From NCBI GenBank assembly GCA_973895155.1, contig OZ316898.1, positions 1,056,751 to 1,120,750 of the forward strand: a stretch of 64,000 nt of DNA, written 5' to 3'. Origin of the DNA: Marsupella aquatica (Eukaryota; Plantae; Marchantiophyta). Position numbers and translations under genes: made by a program. Of this stretch, positions 50,390 to 62,987 are shown piece after piece. Position 1 is the first letter of the stretch; each line of letters begins with the position of its first letter. The notes under the pieces were generated by a model. That model ran no database searches, was not told the origin of the DNA, and worked only from the letters and a program-made list of their open reading frames with translations.

Positions 50390-51480
50390 TCCACCACTTC
50401 GCTCGCTGCATTGGGTTCGGGATTGTGCCTGTGAGTTGAAGCGGATGATCGTAGTCCTCGATTCGGAGAGTGTTTTTGTAATTCTATCTCAAGCACTTCT
50501 CTGGTTGCATTGGGTTCCGAGTGTGCCTGTAAGTTGACGATGGAAGTGCTCGATTCGGAGATTGTTTTGTAATTCTGTCTAAAGCCTTCGTGTTGACCTC
50601 TTTTCAGCACTTCGCTCGCTGCATTGTGTTCGAATTGTGCCTGTGAGTTAAAGCGGATGATCGTAGTCCTCGATTCGGAGAGTGTTTGTAATTACACTTC
50701 TCTGGCTGCATTGGGTTCCGAGTGTGCCTGTAAGTTCACGATGGAAGTGCTCGATTCGGAGTTTTTTTGTAATTCTATCTAAAGCCTTCGAGTTGTCCTC
50801 TTTCCAGCACTTCGCTCGCTGCATTGTGTTCGAATTGCGCCTGTGAGTTGAAGCGGATGATCGTAGTCCTCGATTCGGAGTGTGTTTGTAATTCTATGTA
50901 AGGCCCTTCGTGTCGACCTCTCTCAAGCCCTTCTCTCACTGCATTGGGTTCCGAGTGTGCCTGTGAGTTGAAGCAGACGACAGTAGTCCTCGATTCGGAT
51001 ATTGTTTTTGTAATTCTATCTAGGGCCTTCGTGTTGACCTCTTTCCAGCACTTCGCTCGCTGCATTGTGTTCGAATTGCGCCTGTGAGTTGAAGCGGATG
51101 ATCGTAGTCCTCGATTCGGAGAGTGTTTGTGTAGTTTTATGTAAGCGGGTATGTAACGCCTTCGTGATGACCTCTCTCAAGCACTTCTCTCGCCGCATTG
51201 GGTTCCGAGTGTGCCCGTGAGTTGAACCGGACGATAGTAATCCTCGATTCGGCGATTTTTTTTGTAATTCTATCTAGGGCCTTCGTGGTGACCTCTCTCA
51301 AGCACTGCTCTCGATGCATTGGGTTCCGAGTGTGCCTGTAAGTTGACTATAAAAGTGCTCGATTCGGACAGTGTTTTTGTAAATCTATGTACGGCCTTCG
51401 TGTTGACTTGTTTCCAGCACTTCTCTAGCAGGATTGGGTTCGGAGTGTGTCTGTGAGTTGAAGCGGAAGCTCGTAGTCTC
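50390..51480. repeat. higher-order minisatellite upstream of Q4 (~10 units)
   Basis: Same A/B monomers as 35980-36900, with different number and order. Confidence 0.93.
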
Positions 51481-51623
51481 TTTCTCGTGTTGCATTTGAG
51501 AGAAGAGCAGCTCAAAGCTCTACTTGATTCGTTGTTGTCCGAACTCATCGTAGACTTGTATCTAGAACACCGCCGTGTCAGTAGTGTGTCCGGCAAGTTA
51601 GACGGAACGGTCAACAACGGGTG

Positions 51624-52637
51624 ATGGATTCGGATTCGCATTTCGGTAGGAGGGAGGCATTGGGCCGGCGATTGCGAGAAATGCGGCTTGTTCAACCAAG
51701 CCAGACCGATGAACAAGAGATGGTCGATCCCAATCCCAATCCAGATTTAGGGGACGCAGTGACACCAAAAGTGCAAGAAACGCAACTTCGCGAGCTATTC
51801 TTCCGAACTCTCGCGAGTCGTCCTCATGAGCCTTCACTTTCACGTCGGGCGGACGTGAAGTTTCCCATTGAACCATTTTCCAGCCGATTGTCCGAACTGC
51901 AACGGATTCCCAATCCAGATTTAGGGGACGCAGTGACACCAAAAGTGCAAGAAACGCAGCTTCGCGAGCTATTCTTCGGAAGTCTCGCGAGTCGTCTTCA
52001 TGGGCCTTCACTTTCACGTCAGGCGGACTTGAATTTTCCAATTGAATCAGTGTTCACGCGATTGTCCGAACTGGAAGGGATGGATCCGTTCGGAAAGGCA
52101 CTGCTAGAGGCGTTACGTCCTGCGCTGGCTATCGACTTTGAAAGTCTTCCTTGTGAGGCTACAATTGAAGGAGAAGCGGGGCTATTGTCCTCACTCCGCC
52201 CCTTACCCTGCATAGAGGCATCCACCATAGATGAGTATTTGGAGGAACTTGTTGTGAAGCAGGAAACTACAGACCCGGTGTTGAATAAGATGTACATGCT
52301 ACTGAAGGGCCTTACTTCAGCCGGTTTGCCAACTGCTTCGTTGGCACGAGACTTCAAACGCGTCCAAGAAATGGTTACAGCCTACATCCTTAGGCAGAGT
52401 TGCAGATCTTTGGTTGAAAAGGAGCCGGAAAGTGAACGAAGGGTGGTGGATGCGAATTACATGGATGCAGTTAGTAAGAACATCATGAAGTTTGTACGTG
52501 ACAATTGTACAGCAGACAGGGCCGGGGAGGTTCATCATAGTGCAACGTCGATTTCGCCTTCCTGTACGTATCAACCTGTCACATTTCGATTGTCGCTGCA
52601 CTGCTTTTCAAAAATTGGCTCGGCCGTCAATCGTTGA
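51624..52637 (+). CDS. orphan protein Q4 (337 aa from ATG) with an in-frame 174-bp internal repeat
   Basis: Paralog of Q3. 58-codon repeats start at 51735 and 51909. The Q3 stop TAG is TCG here. Confidence 0.65.
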   Translation: MDSDSHFGRREALGRRLREMRLVQPSQTDEQEMVDPNPNPDLGDAVTPKVQETQLRELFFRTLASRPHEPSLSRRADVKFPIEPFSSRLSELQRIPNPDLGDAVTPKVQETQLRELFFGSLASRLHGPSLSRQADLNFPIESVFTRLSELEGMDPFGKALLEALRPALAIDFESLPCEATIEGEAGLLSSLRPLPCIEASTIDEYLEELVVKQETTDPVLNKMYMLLKGLTSAGLPTASLARDFKRVQEMVTAYILRQSCRSLVEKEPESERRVVDANYMDAVSKNIMKFVRDNCTADRAGEVHHSATSISPSCTYQPVTFRLSLHCFSKIGSAVNR

Positions 52638-52765
52638 CAGTATAGCAGCAATCGGCAATATCTCATAATTGTCGCCAATTCGGTAGAATAGTTTTCTTGC
52701 CTCCGCCTTCCGTGAAGTTATGAAATTATGACGTAAATATTTTTATATTAGTATTTCCATGTTAG

Positions 52766-53936
52766 GGTGAACAGCGAGCTAAGCTACTATTCTTTTATTG
52801 GCAAAGCCTCTGCAGCCCCTTTCGGAGAACGCACTTTGCGTGTGGACAATTTGGAGCGATCCTTGGGTTTCTACTGCGGTGTCTTCGGTAAGTTACAGAC
52901 AATGTTTGATATACCAATTCCTAGCTAGCTCGCTGGTAATGAATTCCTAATGATGTTACAATCGCGTAAAATATAGCGAACCGGATCGACCTAATTAAAG
53001 AAGCTCGACCCGTCTTTCATTGGTTATCTGAGTGGACTTGTAATTGATTTGCTGACCGGTACCACGGGTTTTGGGATCGCGCATACAGGAATGAGACGGA
53101 GCCTGAATCCATCCGACCTTCCCTACCGTGGGGCTTGGTTGTTTTTCGGAAGTGAGGGAATTCTTCTTCTGGAGGTTTCAAACCCTGATATAGTGACTGG
53201 TCTCACTGTGGTTGGAAACTTTGCTCGTCACGCTCGCATCAACTGCGGGAACGTTGAGTGTGTTAGAGTGGGACTCCAAAATGCAGGTATGGTTAACCAT
53301 CGAAGAAGAAACTGCTCGCCGCCGCCTGAAAGTATTGACAATAAAAGAGACCAGTCGGGATCGATAATATTGAAATCAGATAAGTTAGAGTTTCCACTGA
53401 AAAGAAGAAATTGCTCGCCTGCGGACAAGAATGAAAATAATGAAGTCGAGAAGTCCGATCGATAGTATCGAACTGAGAGAAGTTTGAAATTCATGTTTGA
53501 ACCGAATGTGTATTCATCGTCATATCAATGCATGAACAGACTATTTAACTCGGAATGTTAGCTCGGGCAGTACTGAGTCGTTAAAACACTACAGTACGGT
53601 ACTGCTGATTGCCCAAATGTTTATTGTCTGTGTACAGGAATTCCATACCAGCAGAGCATGCCCGAGACCAGCGCACGGCAATCGCTCACCACTCACGATC
53701 CCGACGGCAATTCCTTGGAATTCATCGAGATGGAGGCGTTGCCGTCGACCGAAGACTCTTCGGATGAAGACGAAGACGAACTCCAGTCCATGTTGGAGAG
53801 GGCATCCGCAGAACTCGACCGCCAACTGGATCTCCTCGCAATAGAGTCGCTTCAAGAGCGAATTCGCCAGCTCCAACGAGATCTAGAGAGAGCTAGGAGC
53901 AACAGAAAGCGAAAAATGAATGTTGACAGAAATTAG
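52766..53936 (+). CDS. three phase-compatible exons (52766-52887, 53089-53286, 53638-53936), paralog of 38014-39177
   Basis: Same exon lengths (122, 198, 299 nt), GT/AG sites retained, frame open. Confidence 0.6.
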
Positions 53937-56900
53937 CACTGTTCAGTGCTCAGTAGTCAAGGAACGACTCGTGTTGCAAAGATATTCGAGTATTATCAGT
54001 CTTCCTCAGTCTGCTAGCTAAGCCCACTTGTTCGGGCATTGCTTCCTGTTCCATCCGGAACACGGCTGAATTAGACTCGAGCAATAGAATTTTCATAGGT
54101 CCAATCATGTTGTGAGATAGTTCGGTGGTCTACCTTCGACAACATGGGTTTTCCTTTTGTAGAGAGGTTTTGCAGGCCTTATCGAGGCTTCGGAGTTTTT
54201 ATGAGTAGGACACAATTTTGGCTTTTTGGGCCTGAAATTTTCCCCCTTTCAGGTAGCTCGGTTTTTTCCTTTGCGGATTCGGAATAAGTTATGGGGCTCG
54301 GTCTCCAATTTTGTAAAACTGAGAAAATGTCATTGCTCAAGCGGCCTCATGAATCCAGATCCAGATATATGTATCTCAGTCTGATGTTACGTCCAGATGT
54401 ATTTCTAATGTTACGTGGAAAGTCAAGCAGGGAGGCAGTGCAAGGATGTATTGCTCGAGTGATCAGTAAGTGAGTGAATATTAACATCGAATGCTTGTGG
54501 TGTCAACGGAGTATATACAGGAACACTTTTCTCATTTGCACCAATGAACTCTAAGAAAAGCACCGAAATATCGTTTCAGAAACGAAAAGAAATTATACAC
54601 CTAACTAAGGCCTGAAATTAGTCGAAGTTAGATAGTACACTTGTAAGAGACCCTTGAACGGTTCTCAAGACAGTCCTCCCTGCCCACCCCCCTATATTAG
54701 AGACTATAATCAGCCCCATGGCCAACCATCCCCATAGTTGAGTCCTTACTTAGATAATTTGGATTCCTTGACTTGGCACAGACAACCAAATGTCTCACAA
54801 ACCCTTCACCTTGCCAGGAAGAGATTTCCAAACCATCAAAGCTTCTTTAGCTAGGTAGCCCTTCCAATTTGGCGTGAACAACCAAACAGTTTCATGATAT
54901 ATAACACTAACTTCCAACTAGCCAGGAGTAACCAAATGCTCTACAGCTCTTCCAAGTTGGCATGAACAAATTAGAAATACTCTCAAAACCTTCAAAGCTG
55001 ACATTAATTAAGAGCCAAATGCTTCTGGGACTTTTGCAAGTTGGTATTAGCAATAAGCCAAGTGCTTCTAAGCCCTAACAACGCACAGGGCCTCCAAGTA
55101 CGTTGGCATGAATTAAAATTCTTAATAACCCTTTTATAATTATATTTTAACCCTTTTAACCTCGCACCAACAACCAGATGCCTCCCAAACCCTTGAGTTC
55201 CAACTTGAATAACCAAATGCTTCTGTAACCCAAGGTTCCACCTTGAATGAACAACCAAATACTTTGATATATAAGCTTCCAATTAGCTGTCATGAACAAA
55301 CAGATGCTTTCAAAGTCTTCCAAGTTGACATGAACAACCGAAGGATTCTGCAAGTAATCCTAACCTTGCAAGTTGCTAAGAATAATCAAATGTTTCCCAA
55401 ACCCCAAACTTCTTGGCATGAACAGCCAAGTACTTTCAAACCTAGCCCTTCCAACTTGCCAAGAACAACTAAATGCTTCAATATATAACCCTAGCTTCAG
55501 AAAACACTTGGCATGAACAACCAGATACTTTCATATGTATTACCCTTCCAACTTGGTATCAATAGCCAGATGATTGGTTAAATTAGAGCTATTCCTACTT
55601 CTCTACAAATACAAAATGCATTTTGTTATAGATTCTTTAAGCTTGAGTTTCCAGGGGTAACTCCCTATCCCTACAATTCACTGGGGCTGGGACTCCAGGG
55701 CATTGGCCCCATATACTATATGTATCAAGGGAAATTACTATCCTTGGTTTTACTCCAACAACCCATTACTCCAATTCTTCCACTCTTAATTCAGCTTTCC
55801 TGTTAGCCTGGCTGCCACAAAAACTTTCAAGCATGAAACCCAACGTCATTCAAGCATTAAGCATGACATCCAGATATTTTATTTCCAGCATATCAGTTTA
55901 GCTCAAAAACGACCATGGGCATGCGCATTGGAAAACTGGAAGATCCAATGAAATTTTTTCTGACTTGTATTTAAAACAGTTGGGTGGTTTCACTTCTACT
56001 ACACATATGATTTTTGTTCCGGACCCTTAATATTGTTTCAAACTATGAGCCTTTGAAACCAACATACATGCACTTTATTTGGATATGTCCAGAAATCATA
56101 TCCAAAATACTAATTAGTAAGGTAAGATCGAATGCGGGGATTGATGTGATGCACCCAGCCCTCTGATAGGATCACTTTAGCCAATCTTTGTTCATAACAT
56201 TGGGGAACACATGATTATATATAAACAAGGCCTTTCCCAAATCTATGGGCTTTTTCAAAGTTTTGGGCTTAAGTAATTCAAGCATCAGTCTCAATTCATG
56301 GTTTCAGGTAAGTCTTATTCCTAAGAGTTTTGGGGATGACTAAAGTATAAGTAACTCAGATTTTGGGACCAGTCACATTTATGCAAGATAGTGGGTAAAT
56401 GACTATCCAGGCAATTAAAGACAGTCTAGAGCCTTCTGTATCAAACTAAGCACAAATTAAACCAATTCGACCAAGTTGATGCTTTGGAGAGTCTACCTGG
56501 TACAAGATGCTCTATGCAAGGCATGGGCATCCTACACATACCTAACTTGTAACTTATCAAGACTAAGCAGGAGACTATAAGATGTAGCTTGTGAACATGG
56601 GGTGAACACTAAATAGAATATACATTCTTTTTGGCGGGCCCTTGGGGGTCTCACTATATGGAGACCTCCCCATCACCTGCAACTATCCAGGCAATTAAAG
56701 AAAGACTATAGCCTTTTGTATCAAACTAAGCACAAATTAAACCAATTCGACCAAGATAGTTGATGCTTTGGAGAGTCTAACTGGTACAAGATGCTCTATG
56801 CAAGGCATGGGCACCGTACACATACCAAACTTGTAACTTATCAAGACTAAGCAGGATACTATAAGAAGTAGCTTGTGAACACGGGGTGAACAATAAATAG

Positions 56901-57228
56901 AATACAGATTCTTCTTAGCGGGCTTGGGGTATCACTGCTAGGGAGACAACTCTTGAACTTAGAGTTCAACTGAGACATTGAATCTTTTGGGCATTCTTAA
57001 TTTAATTTGCACACCTTCTAGGCAACGACTCGAGCCTTGTGTATCAAACTAAGCACAAATTAAACCACGCTGATGCTTTGGAGACACCTGGTACTGGTTT
57101 GTAGAAGGGACTGTCTCGTGTGTGCTAATACAGACTATATGAGGAATCCATCAAGATGCAACACTCAGCAGGCACTCAGGGTGAACTAAAACTTATGTCA
57201 GTTGTGTTCTGTAGTCAACCTAAACCCT

Positions 57229-57231
<3 letters not shown>

Positions 57232-57276
<45 letters not shown>
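57232..57276. repeat. (CT)n microsatellite at the unit 2/unit 3 junction
   Basis: Directly visible. Confidence 0.95.
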
Positions 57277-57278
<2 letters not shown>

Positions 57279-57944
57279 GACTCTCTTTGGATTGGTACTA
57301 TCTTTGGACTCTTTCCAGACTCTCTCCAGATTGGTAACATCTCCGGACTCTCTCCAGGTTGGGATATATGCTTTCCAACTTTCTCCAAATTGGGATTCTC
57401 TCCACATTCTACCTCTTCAGACGTACATAGTTACTCATCTGATTTATTGAATACTAACAACTTGTATTACGTAACCCTCTACATTTCATATCAGCGCACA
57501 GGTTCATACTAAGAATTTATGTTGAAATGCAATACATTGATCGAGTAATATTGGTGCCCATATATAAACCTCTCATGCCAGACTTTTTATGCAGGCGCTA
57601 GGGAGGCCTGCAAGAAAGTATGGAAAATAATGCATTTTTTCAGAGGAAAATAATGCTTACCCGTCCTTTGCAACTCAACAAATTTGTGTCCAGTACAATA
57701 GCTTTGCTGATGAAGGCCAGGCAACTCAGTTTGTTTTACAAGATATAGATGGAGAAGGTCTCTTAGGGATGTTTGCCAACGCGCTAACTTTGGGGCTAAC
57801 TTCTCTTTGTCTTGGGTTATACATTTGACAAAGCTACCCATCTTGTGAATTGGTTGAAAACCATTGCACCTCCCAAGCTTTGCTGATGAAGGCCAGGCAG
57901 CTCAGTTTGTATTATAGGATATAGATGGGGAAGTTCTCTTAGGG

Positions 57945-58715
57945 ATGTCTGCCAACGCGCTAACTTATCTTGGGCTTGGGTTTCATACATTTGATATAGC
58001 CACCCGTCTTGTGAATTGGTTGAAAACCATTGCACCTCCCCATCTGAGTGATGTTCATGAGACTGGTAGTGCTCCCCTTACTCAAAGTGGAAGAGCAACA
58101 ATGATCTCTGAGAAGGTTCTTCCAAAAAAATCCATTGTTGTTGCTATGCCGAGTGCTATGCAAAATTCCTCTGTGCAAAATCCCTGTTTGGGTAACTTGA
58201 GTCAAAAACTGTGGATGGATAAATATTTATTCAAGATGCCACCTGATCACGTGACCGTTGTGAGTGACCTTTATGCTAGAATATTTGCCAAAAAACCAGA
58301 CCTTGAACACTCAAACATGTGGGGCAAAGACTACCTTGAGAATCATCACATTACTAGATTGCATGTTGCACACAATAGGAATGTAAGGAGGATGAGATGA
58401 GTCTTCTATATCCTTACAATACTATTGTGGTTAAGGCATGGACATCCAACTTCAACAGGGTTAAGCAATCATACCTTCAAGGATACTTTGGACTTTATAC
58501 AAGGAAGTGTACCTCATCTGGAAGAGTTGGTCTTGATTGTTGAGGGAGTAAGTGTACATCTAACCTGGGTTGCAGAGTATATAATGAGAGGGTGGTTCTT
58601 GGATCATAAGAAGCATCGTTCCAGCAAACGGCTGCAACAGATTGCTAATCCTCTATTGTTGCCCATAGTGGAAAATGTTACTAGGCAGTCACAGACACAC
58701 ACCGGTGGACTATGA
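57945..58715 (+). pseudogene. single reading frame broken by one TGA (58398-58400); probably a TE accessory ORF
   Basis: ORFs 57945-58400 and 58425-58715 are in the same frame, in CpG-poor repeat DNA. LIVEGVSVHLTWVAEYI loosely recalls plant transposon accessory proteins. Confidence 0.35.
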
Positions 58716-59594
58716 TGCGGTGCAGGGTGGAGTGCGGTGGAAAATGTACGGTTGACCCTGCAGCTAGGCACCACATAAGAACCATTTCTACAGAACTTAC
58801 ATAGGGGGCCTAGTTTGTAAACAACATATTTGTGGGGGGGGCCTACTCTGTAACAAAAATTTCTTAACAGGGGCCTATCAAGTAAATTTGTTTTGGAAAG
58901 GGTCCCATCAAGCATATAGTGCATGCATCATTCAACAATCAGTACACTTGGGCTAATTGCATAGCTCTCCATATTCCTGCAGAGAGGAATGCATATTAAA
59001 TACTACCCTTGTTCATCAAAGTTCAGTTGAAGTAATGGGGCCCCAAAATGTATTGTGGCCGAAACCTATTGTGTACCACCGTTGTTCACTCAGCCTATTA
59101 TGCCTGCTAGGTTTGGTCAAGGGTCATTCCTAGTTAGAGCAAGGTTCCATGCACAAGGGGCAGGGGGTAGTTATGAGCACTCCCCCCCACCCACCCCTTG
59201 TGTGTTGTATTCAATGGGGCATCTCAAACATTAGCAGACGTGGGCTTTTACTGGGGCTGAGAGTTTTCCGTGCCGGATGCAGACTTAAACTGCGCAGTAC
59301 ACCAAGTTGGTGACCGCACTTTTTTGCCTGGGCATTTTGCTAACAGCGGGCCAACTGGCTACAAGCCCTCTCTAACTTCACCACCAACCATGTCCATGTA
59401 CACTACCATGATTGCAATTGTGGAGGGGGGGTAGAGCCTAGGGTGTGCATGAGAATTTCATACTCCCTGTACACCACATTTATAGGCCCCTTACCCCTGT
59501 AATTCTACAATCACCCATTGGCTCCAAGACGTGCGTCATTTTGGTACTCCCCACACATCTAACTTTGCTCTAAAAGCTTGTCGTGGGAAGATGA

Positions 59595-60070
59595 CTTCTC
59601 CATCAGTTTCAAAGATGGTCAACTAAATTGTTATTCTATTCGTAGAGCTTCAAAAAGTCATTGCTTGACAGACTTTGGGCTTTCCTTACGCCCTATGTCC
59701 AATACTGGGCAACCCTTCACTGACGGCCCTAATGAAAGGAATTCGGCACTGATTCGCTTTCCATACAAGCATTGAAAATTCGGATCAGAAAACTTGGCTT
59801 TCCCGACTTGAGCTTGCTCAGGCCCCACGTCCAGTCAATCTTCCAGCGAGAACTGGCAATCCGAGAAGTCCAAGAACTGGAAACAGTAACGGGTTGTTTA
59901 GCACCATCATTTGTAACCCTTCTCACTCCTGTGTCGTGAAAGAATTTCTGCCATCTACCTCATGAAACTTCCCAGTCACAAGTAGCGACCTGAGAAGTCC
60001 ACGGACCAGATACTACAAGTTAATTGGCGTTAAAAAGCAATCCTACTTTTGGGGAGTAGTCGACCACTTT
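59595..60070 (+). repeat. syntaxin-downstream block, paralogous to 20740-21278
   Basis: Same shared blocks as listed for 20740-21278. Confidence 0.9.
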
Positions 60071-61467
60071 CAAGCGCGTCTGTACCACTTCATCCTAAGC
60101 AACTTTCAGAACAATTTAATGCTCGCCAGTGATGCTGGACACTGTGGAAAGTTTGTGTGTCAGGGAGAGTAATTCAACCGAAGAAAGCAAAAAGCCTCCA
60201 CTCAATACCTGAGATTTGACTTCTATAGATACTCATCATCTAGTTCCTGGAAAGCTGCTTACTACCTGACATTTTACTCGTTTCCTCCGCACGTGCAAAT
60301 GCTCGGACCAAAAAGGAACATTAGAAAAACTACATGGCCCTCGACGAAGTTGATCTACAATGGACCCAATTCATAATTAGATAACAGACCCCTACTTGTA
60401 CCCTTGAATTACCAGCGGTTTGAAGCGGTTATTCCATGCCATGCCAAAACTTACAATTCTTTCTGCACTGCACATCCCGTAAAGAGAGGAGTTGCATACT
60501 TAAGTAGAAAACCGAAAGGATCTTCGGAATCGTCGAGAGTCAAAAGGAAGAGCGTTCAAAAAGAGACGAAAAGAAGAGCGTTCGAAAAAGAATGTCCAAC
60601 ATGGAAAGGGCATTGAATACTGAATGGAGTGCAAAAAATATCGCTGCAAGTCCCAAATAGTAACTCTTGAAGCTGTGACAGAACCCAAAAGCAAATTTTC
60701 GTGACCGTTGTAACAAACAAATATTTGCAATTACCGGACACCGTCCGTCATGAAGGATTCCATTCGATAAACCTTACTTGAAGCGGTACTTGTCATGCTG
60801 AACACTAAGCTACTTTAGTCCCAATCTATGCCCGAGGAAAAATCAAAGTACCTTGCTCGAGACCAGAGATCGAACAATGAGCGACTCGTGAAAATGGCAA
60901 TACTCAGTTATTCAGCTGCTTGTATCTCATTGAACCAGAAATTGAAACCAGTTCTCGGGGAGAAACTAAATTTTATAGTTCACGAATAACAATGAGAGAC
61001 TCGTCAAATTGTTAGTAATTTACTGCATAAGTTTGAATATAATTACAAAGAGAGAAAAGAAACTGCAAAAAAAATAGTTCCCCGTGTAATTTAGCCAGCC
61101 ACACAGCTGGCTCGTGGCAATGCCGTGACCCGAGTATGATCGAGACGATCTCACAACTGGTCACCAGAGATCAACCTGTCAAATGGGCACTTCTCGGTCC
61201 AAAGATCTGGAAAAGGAATGGTTATACTCCCCCTGCTCTGTCGGTTCTTCGACGTATTCTTGGACGACTGTCCGCTTCACTTTCAGACCTTGAGGCACAC
61301 TCACAACTGCGGCAGTTGCGCTGCTACAAAGTCAAATCAAGTCCACCACCTCCAATGGAACTCCACAGAAAAACACTAGCAACTCGCGAAGCAGCAGTAG
61401 GAACTCTCCAGACGACCACCGCCAACCCAGAATTCTACATAGAAATTTAGGGAAACAGCTATCCCTT

Positions 61468-62409
61468 CTAGAACACTTTCAAAGAGTGCAAAATAGGAAG
61501 GAGGACGATCAAGATCAAAATCAGTATCAATATAATTGCTATACAAGTCCATTTCCGGCTATTTCTTTGGTGCTTCTTCGCTATGTGAAGCTGTGTCGTG
61601 GCCCGCTCAACATACGAATGAGCCCTATTCACTTGTGACTCAATGTCATTCAGCTGTTCGCCCTGTGCCTCGACAAGGACAGCCATGTCCATAAAAATTT
61701 GGTGCAACTCAAGCAAATTCTTCTCAATCTCCTTCACTCCATCATGTCTCTCCTGGATTTCCCTGATGGTCTCGAGTACTTGACCCCTACCTTGTTCCTG
61801 AATGGCCTTCTGGAGAAAATTCTCACTCTCACCTGTCTCAATAATGTGCTCCAGAGTATCCTCATCTGGTCTCTGCCCTGTCACGGTGTAATATCTCCTC
61901 TCTATCGTTTCCCTGTATTCGCCCATGATCCTCGACCGAAGGGATCCAAAATCCTCCATATAGTCCTTCAGCTTCTTCCTCAAACTATTGGTAATGGACG
62001 TTCTCGTTCGGTCAGTAGGTGAGCCCTCCTCACATCCTCTCGTTCTGCGGCTGGTGGCATTCGCTCTGTCGAGCTGTTCCAGCTTCTGCTTAATCGATCT
62101 GGCCGTCTTACTCACTTCTGAAACGTCTTTATCCATACGGTCTCTCAAGGCTTTCATGGCCTGGGCTTTGTGAATGGTCTTGCTCTCTTCGTTGGCGTCC
62201 TGTAATTTGGCAAGGAGCTGTTTGATTCTGTCCATCTCATTCTTGATGATGTCCACCTCCTCGAAGAAGACCTTAAGGTTCTTCTCCGGATCCAGGCCCT
62301 GCATCTCCACCTCGCCCCCGTATTCTACGTCATGGAGGTTGTCTTTCTTCAAATCGACATAGTTCCGCGCCCGCCCCGCGGAATAGGTTTTCGTCAGTAG
62401 GTCGTTCAT
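61468..62409 (-). CDS. SYP12: SYP1-group Qa-SNARE syntaxin, SYP11/SYP12 (KNOLLE/SYP12A-like), 313 aa, intronless CDS
   Basis: MNDLLTK...YVDLKK N-terminus, Habc region, DRTRTS, ERRYYTVTG, SNARE motif EIQERHDGVKEIEKNLLELHQIFMDMAVLVEAQGEQLNDIESQV, and RKW plus TM anchor. The YVDLKK motif and lack of CDS introns favour SYP11/12 over the intron-rich SYP13. Confidence 0.93.
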   Translation of the reverse strand: MNDLLTKTYSAGRARNYVDLKKDNLHDVEYGGEVEMQGLDPEKNLKVFFEEVDIIKNEMDRIKQLLAKLQDANEESKTIHKAQAMKALRDRMDKDVSEVSKTARSIKQKLEQLDRANATSRRTRGCEEGSPTDRTRTSITNSLRKKLKDYMEDFGSLRSRIMGEYRETIERRYYTVTGQRPDEDTLEHIIETGESENFLQKAIQEQGRGQVLETIREIQERHDGVKEIEKNLLELHQIFMDMAVLVEAQGEQLNDIESQVNRAHSYVERATTQLHIAKKHQRNSRKWTCIAIILILILILIVLLPILHSLKVF

Positions 62410-62463
62410 CTTGCCCGGCAGCTACTGTCCTCTCCAACGTTGCCCTCCCAGCGCTCTCTCTCT

Positions 62464-62987
62464 CTGACAGAGATGACAACACCAAACTACCTCTGCTCCG
62501 TTGGCCGACGACACTCCAGTACAACACCAACACTTTCCCTTTCAAGGCCCAGCAGGATACAGTTTACGTTTCTCCCCTCGTGGTCTCGTCCACGGTGCCG
62601 AGACAGAGCTTTCCAAAAACGTGCACACAACCAAACCACACTTTCTGGAAACGACTGAGTGGAGATCTTCACCTAAGAGCGAGGTCTGATGAAGCGAGTC
62701 CAGCAGGTACTCAACGGCTAATCCGGGGGTGGTGTCTCGGCCCCTCTCCCTACACGAGGAATCGAGACGAGACTGACTGCAATAACTCACGACTAGTAGG
62801 TTCTGTTGAGTCCGTTTAGACCCCTTTTTTCAACCAGACAGCCACAACAACAACACTCCAGTTGTTTCCGGTGCAACCTCCTCCAGCACCACCATCCCAC
62901 GACGGATCAACCTCCGTCGACGAGAGATCGTTCAATCACGACGAAGAGAAAACACGTTTCTGCCAGTAAAGCAACAATAAACCCCAC
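62464..62987 (-). other. candidate 5' UTR intron of the syntaxin gene
   Basis: Minus strand CAG|GTGGGG donor and GTTGTCATCTCTGTCAG| acceptor about 55 nt upstream of the ATG. Confidence 0.35.

Larger units (their letters stand above)
45340..57230 (+). repeat. segmental duplication unit 2 (~11.9 kb); its start 45340-45905 recurs at 57265-57850 as the beginning of a third, partial unit
   Basis: (CT)n-GACTCTCT.TGGATTGGTACTATCTT...GCTTTGCTGATGAAGGCCAGGCAACTCAG appears at both 45340 and 57265; the rest matches unit 1. Confidence 0.95.

Noticed and set aside
57215-57232. AAACCCT telomere-like motif
   Set aside because: Only one full unit, not an array.
12782-62409. NUDX1 plus SYP12 as an oil-body terpenoid gene cluster
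   Set aside because: There is no terpene synthase or P450, the genes are ~47 kb apart, and the syntaxin looks like the conserved KNOLLE-like type; linkage alone is not evidence.
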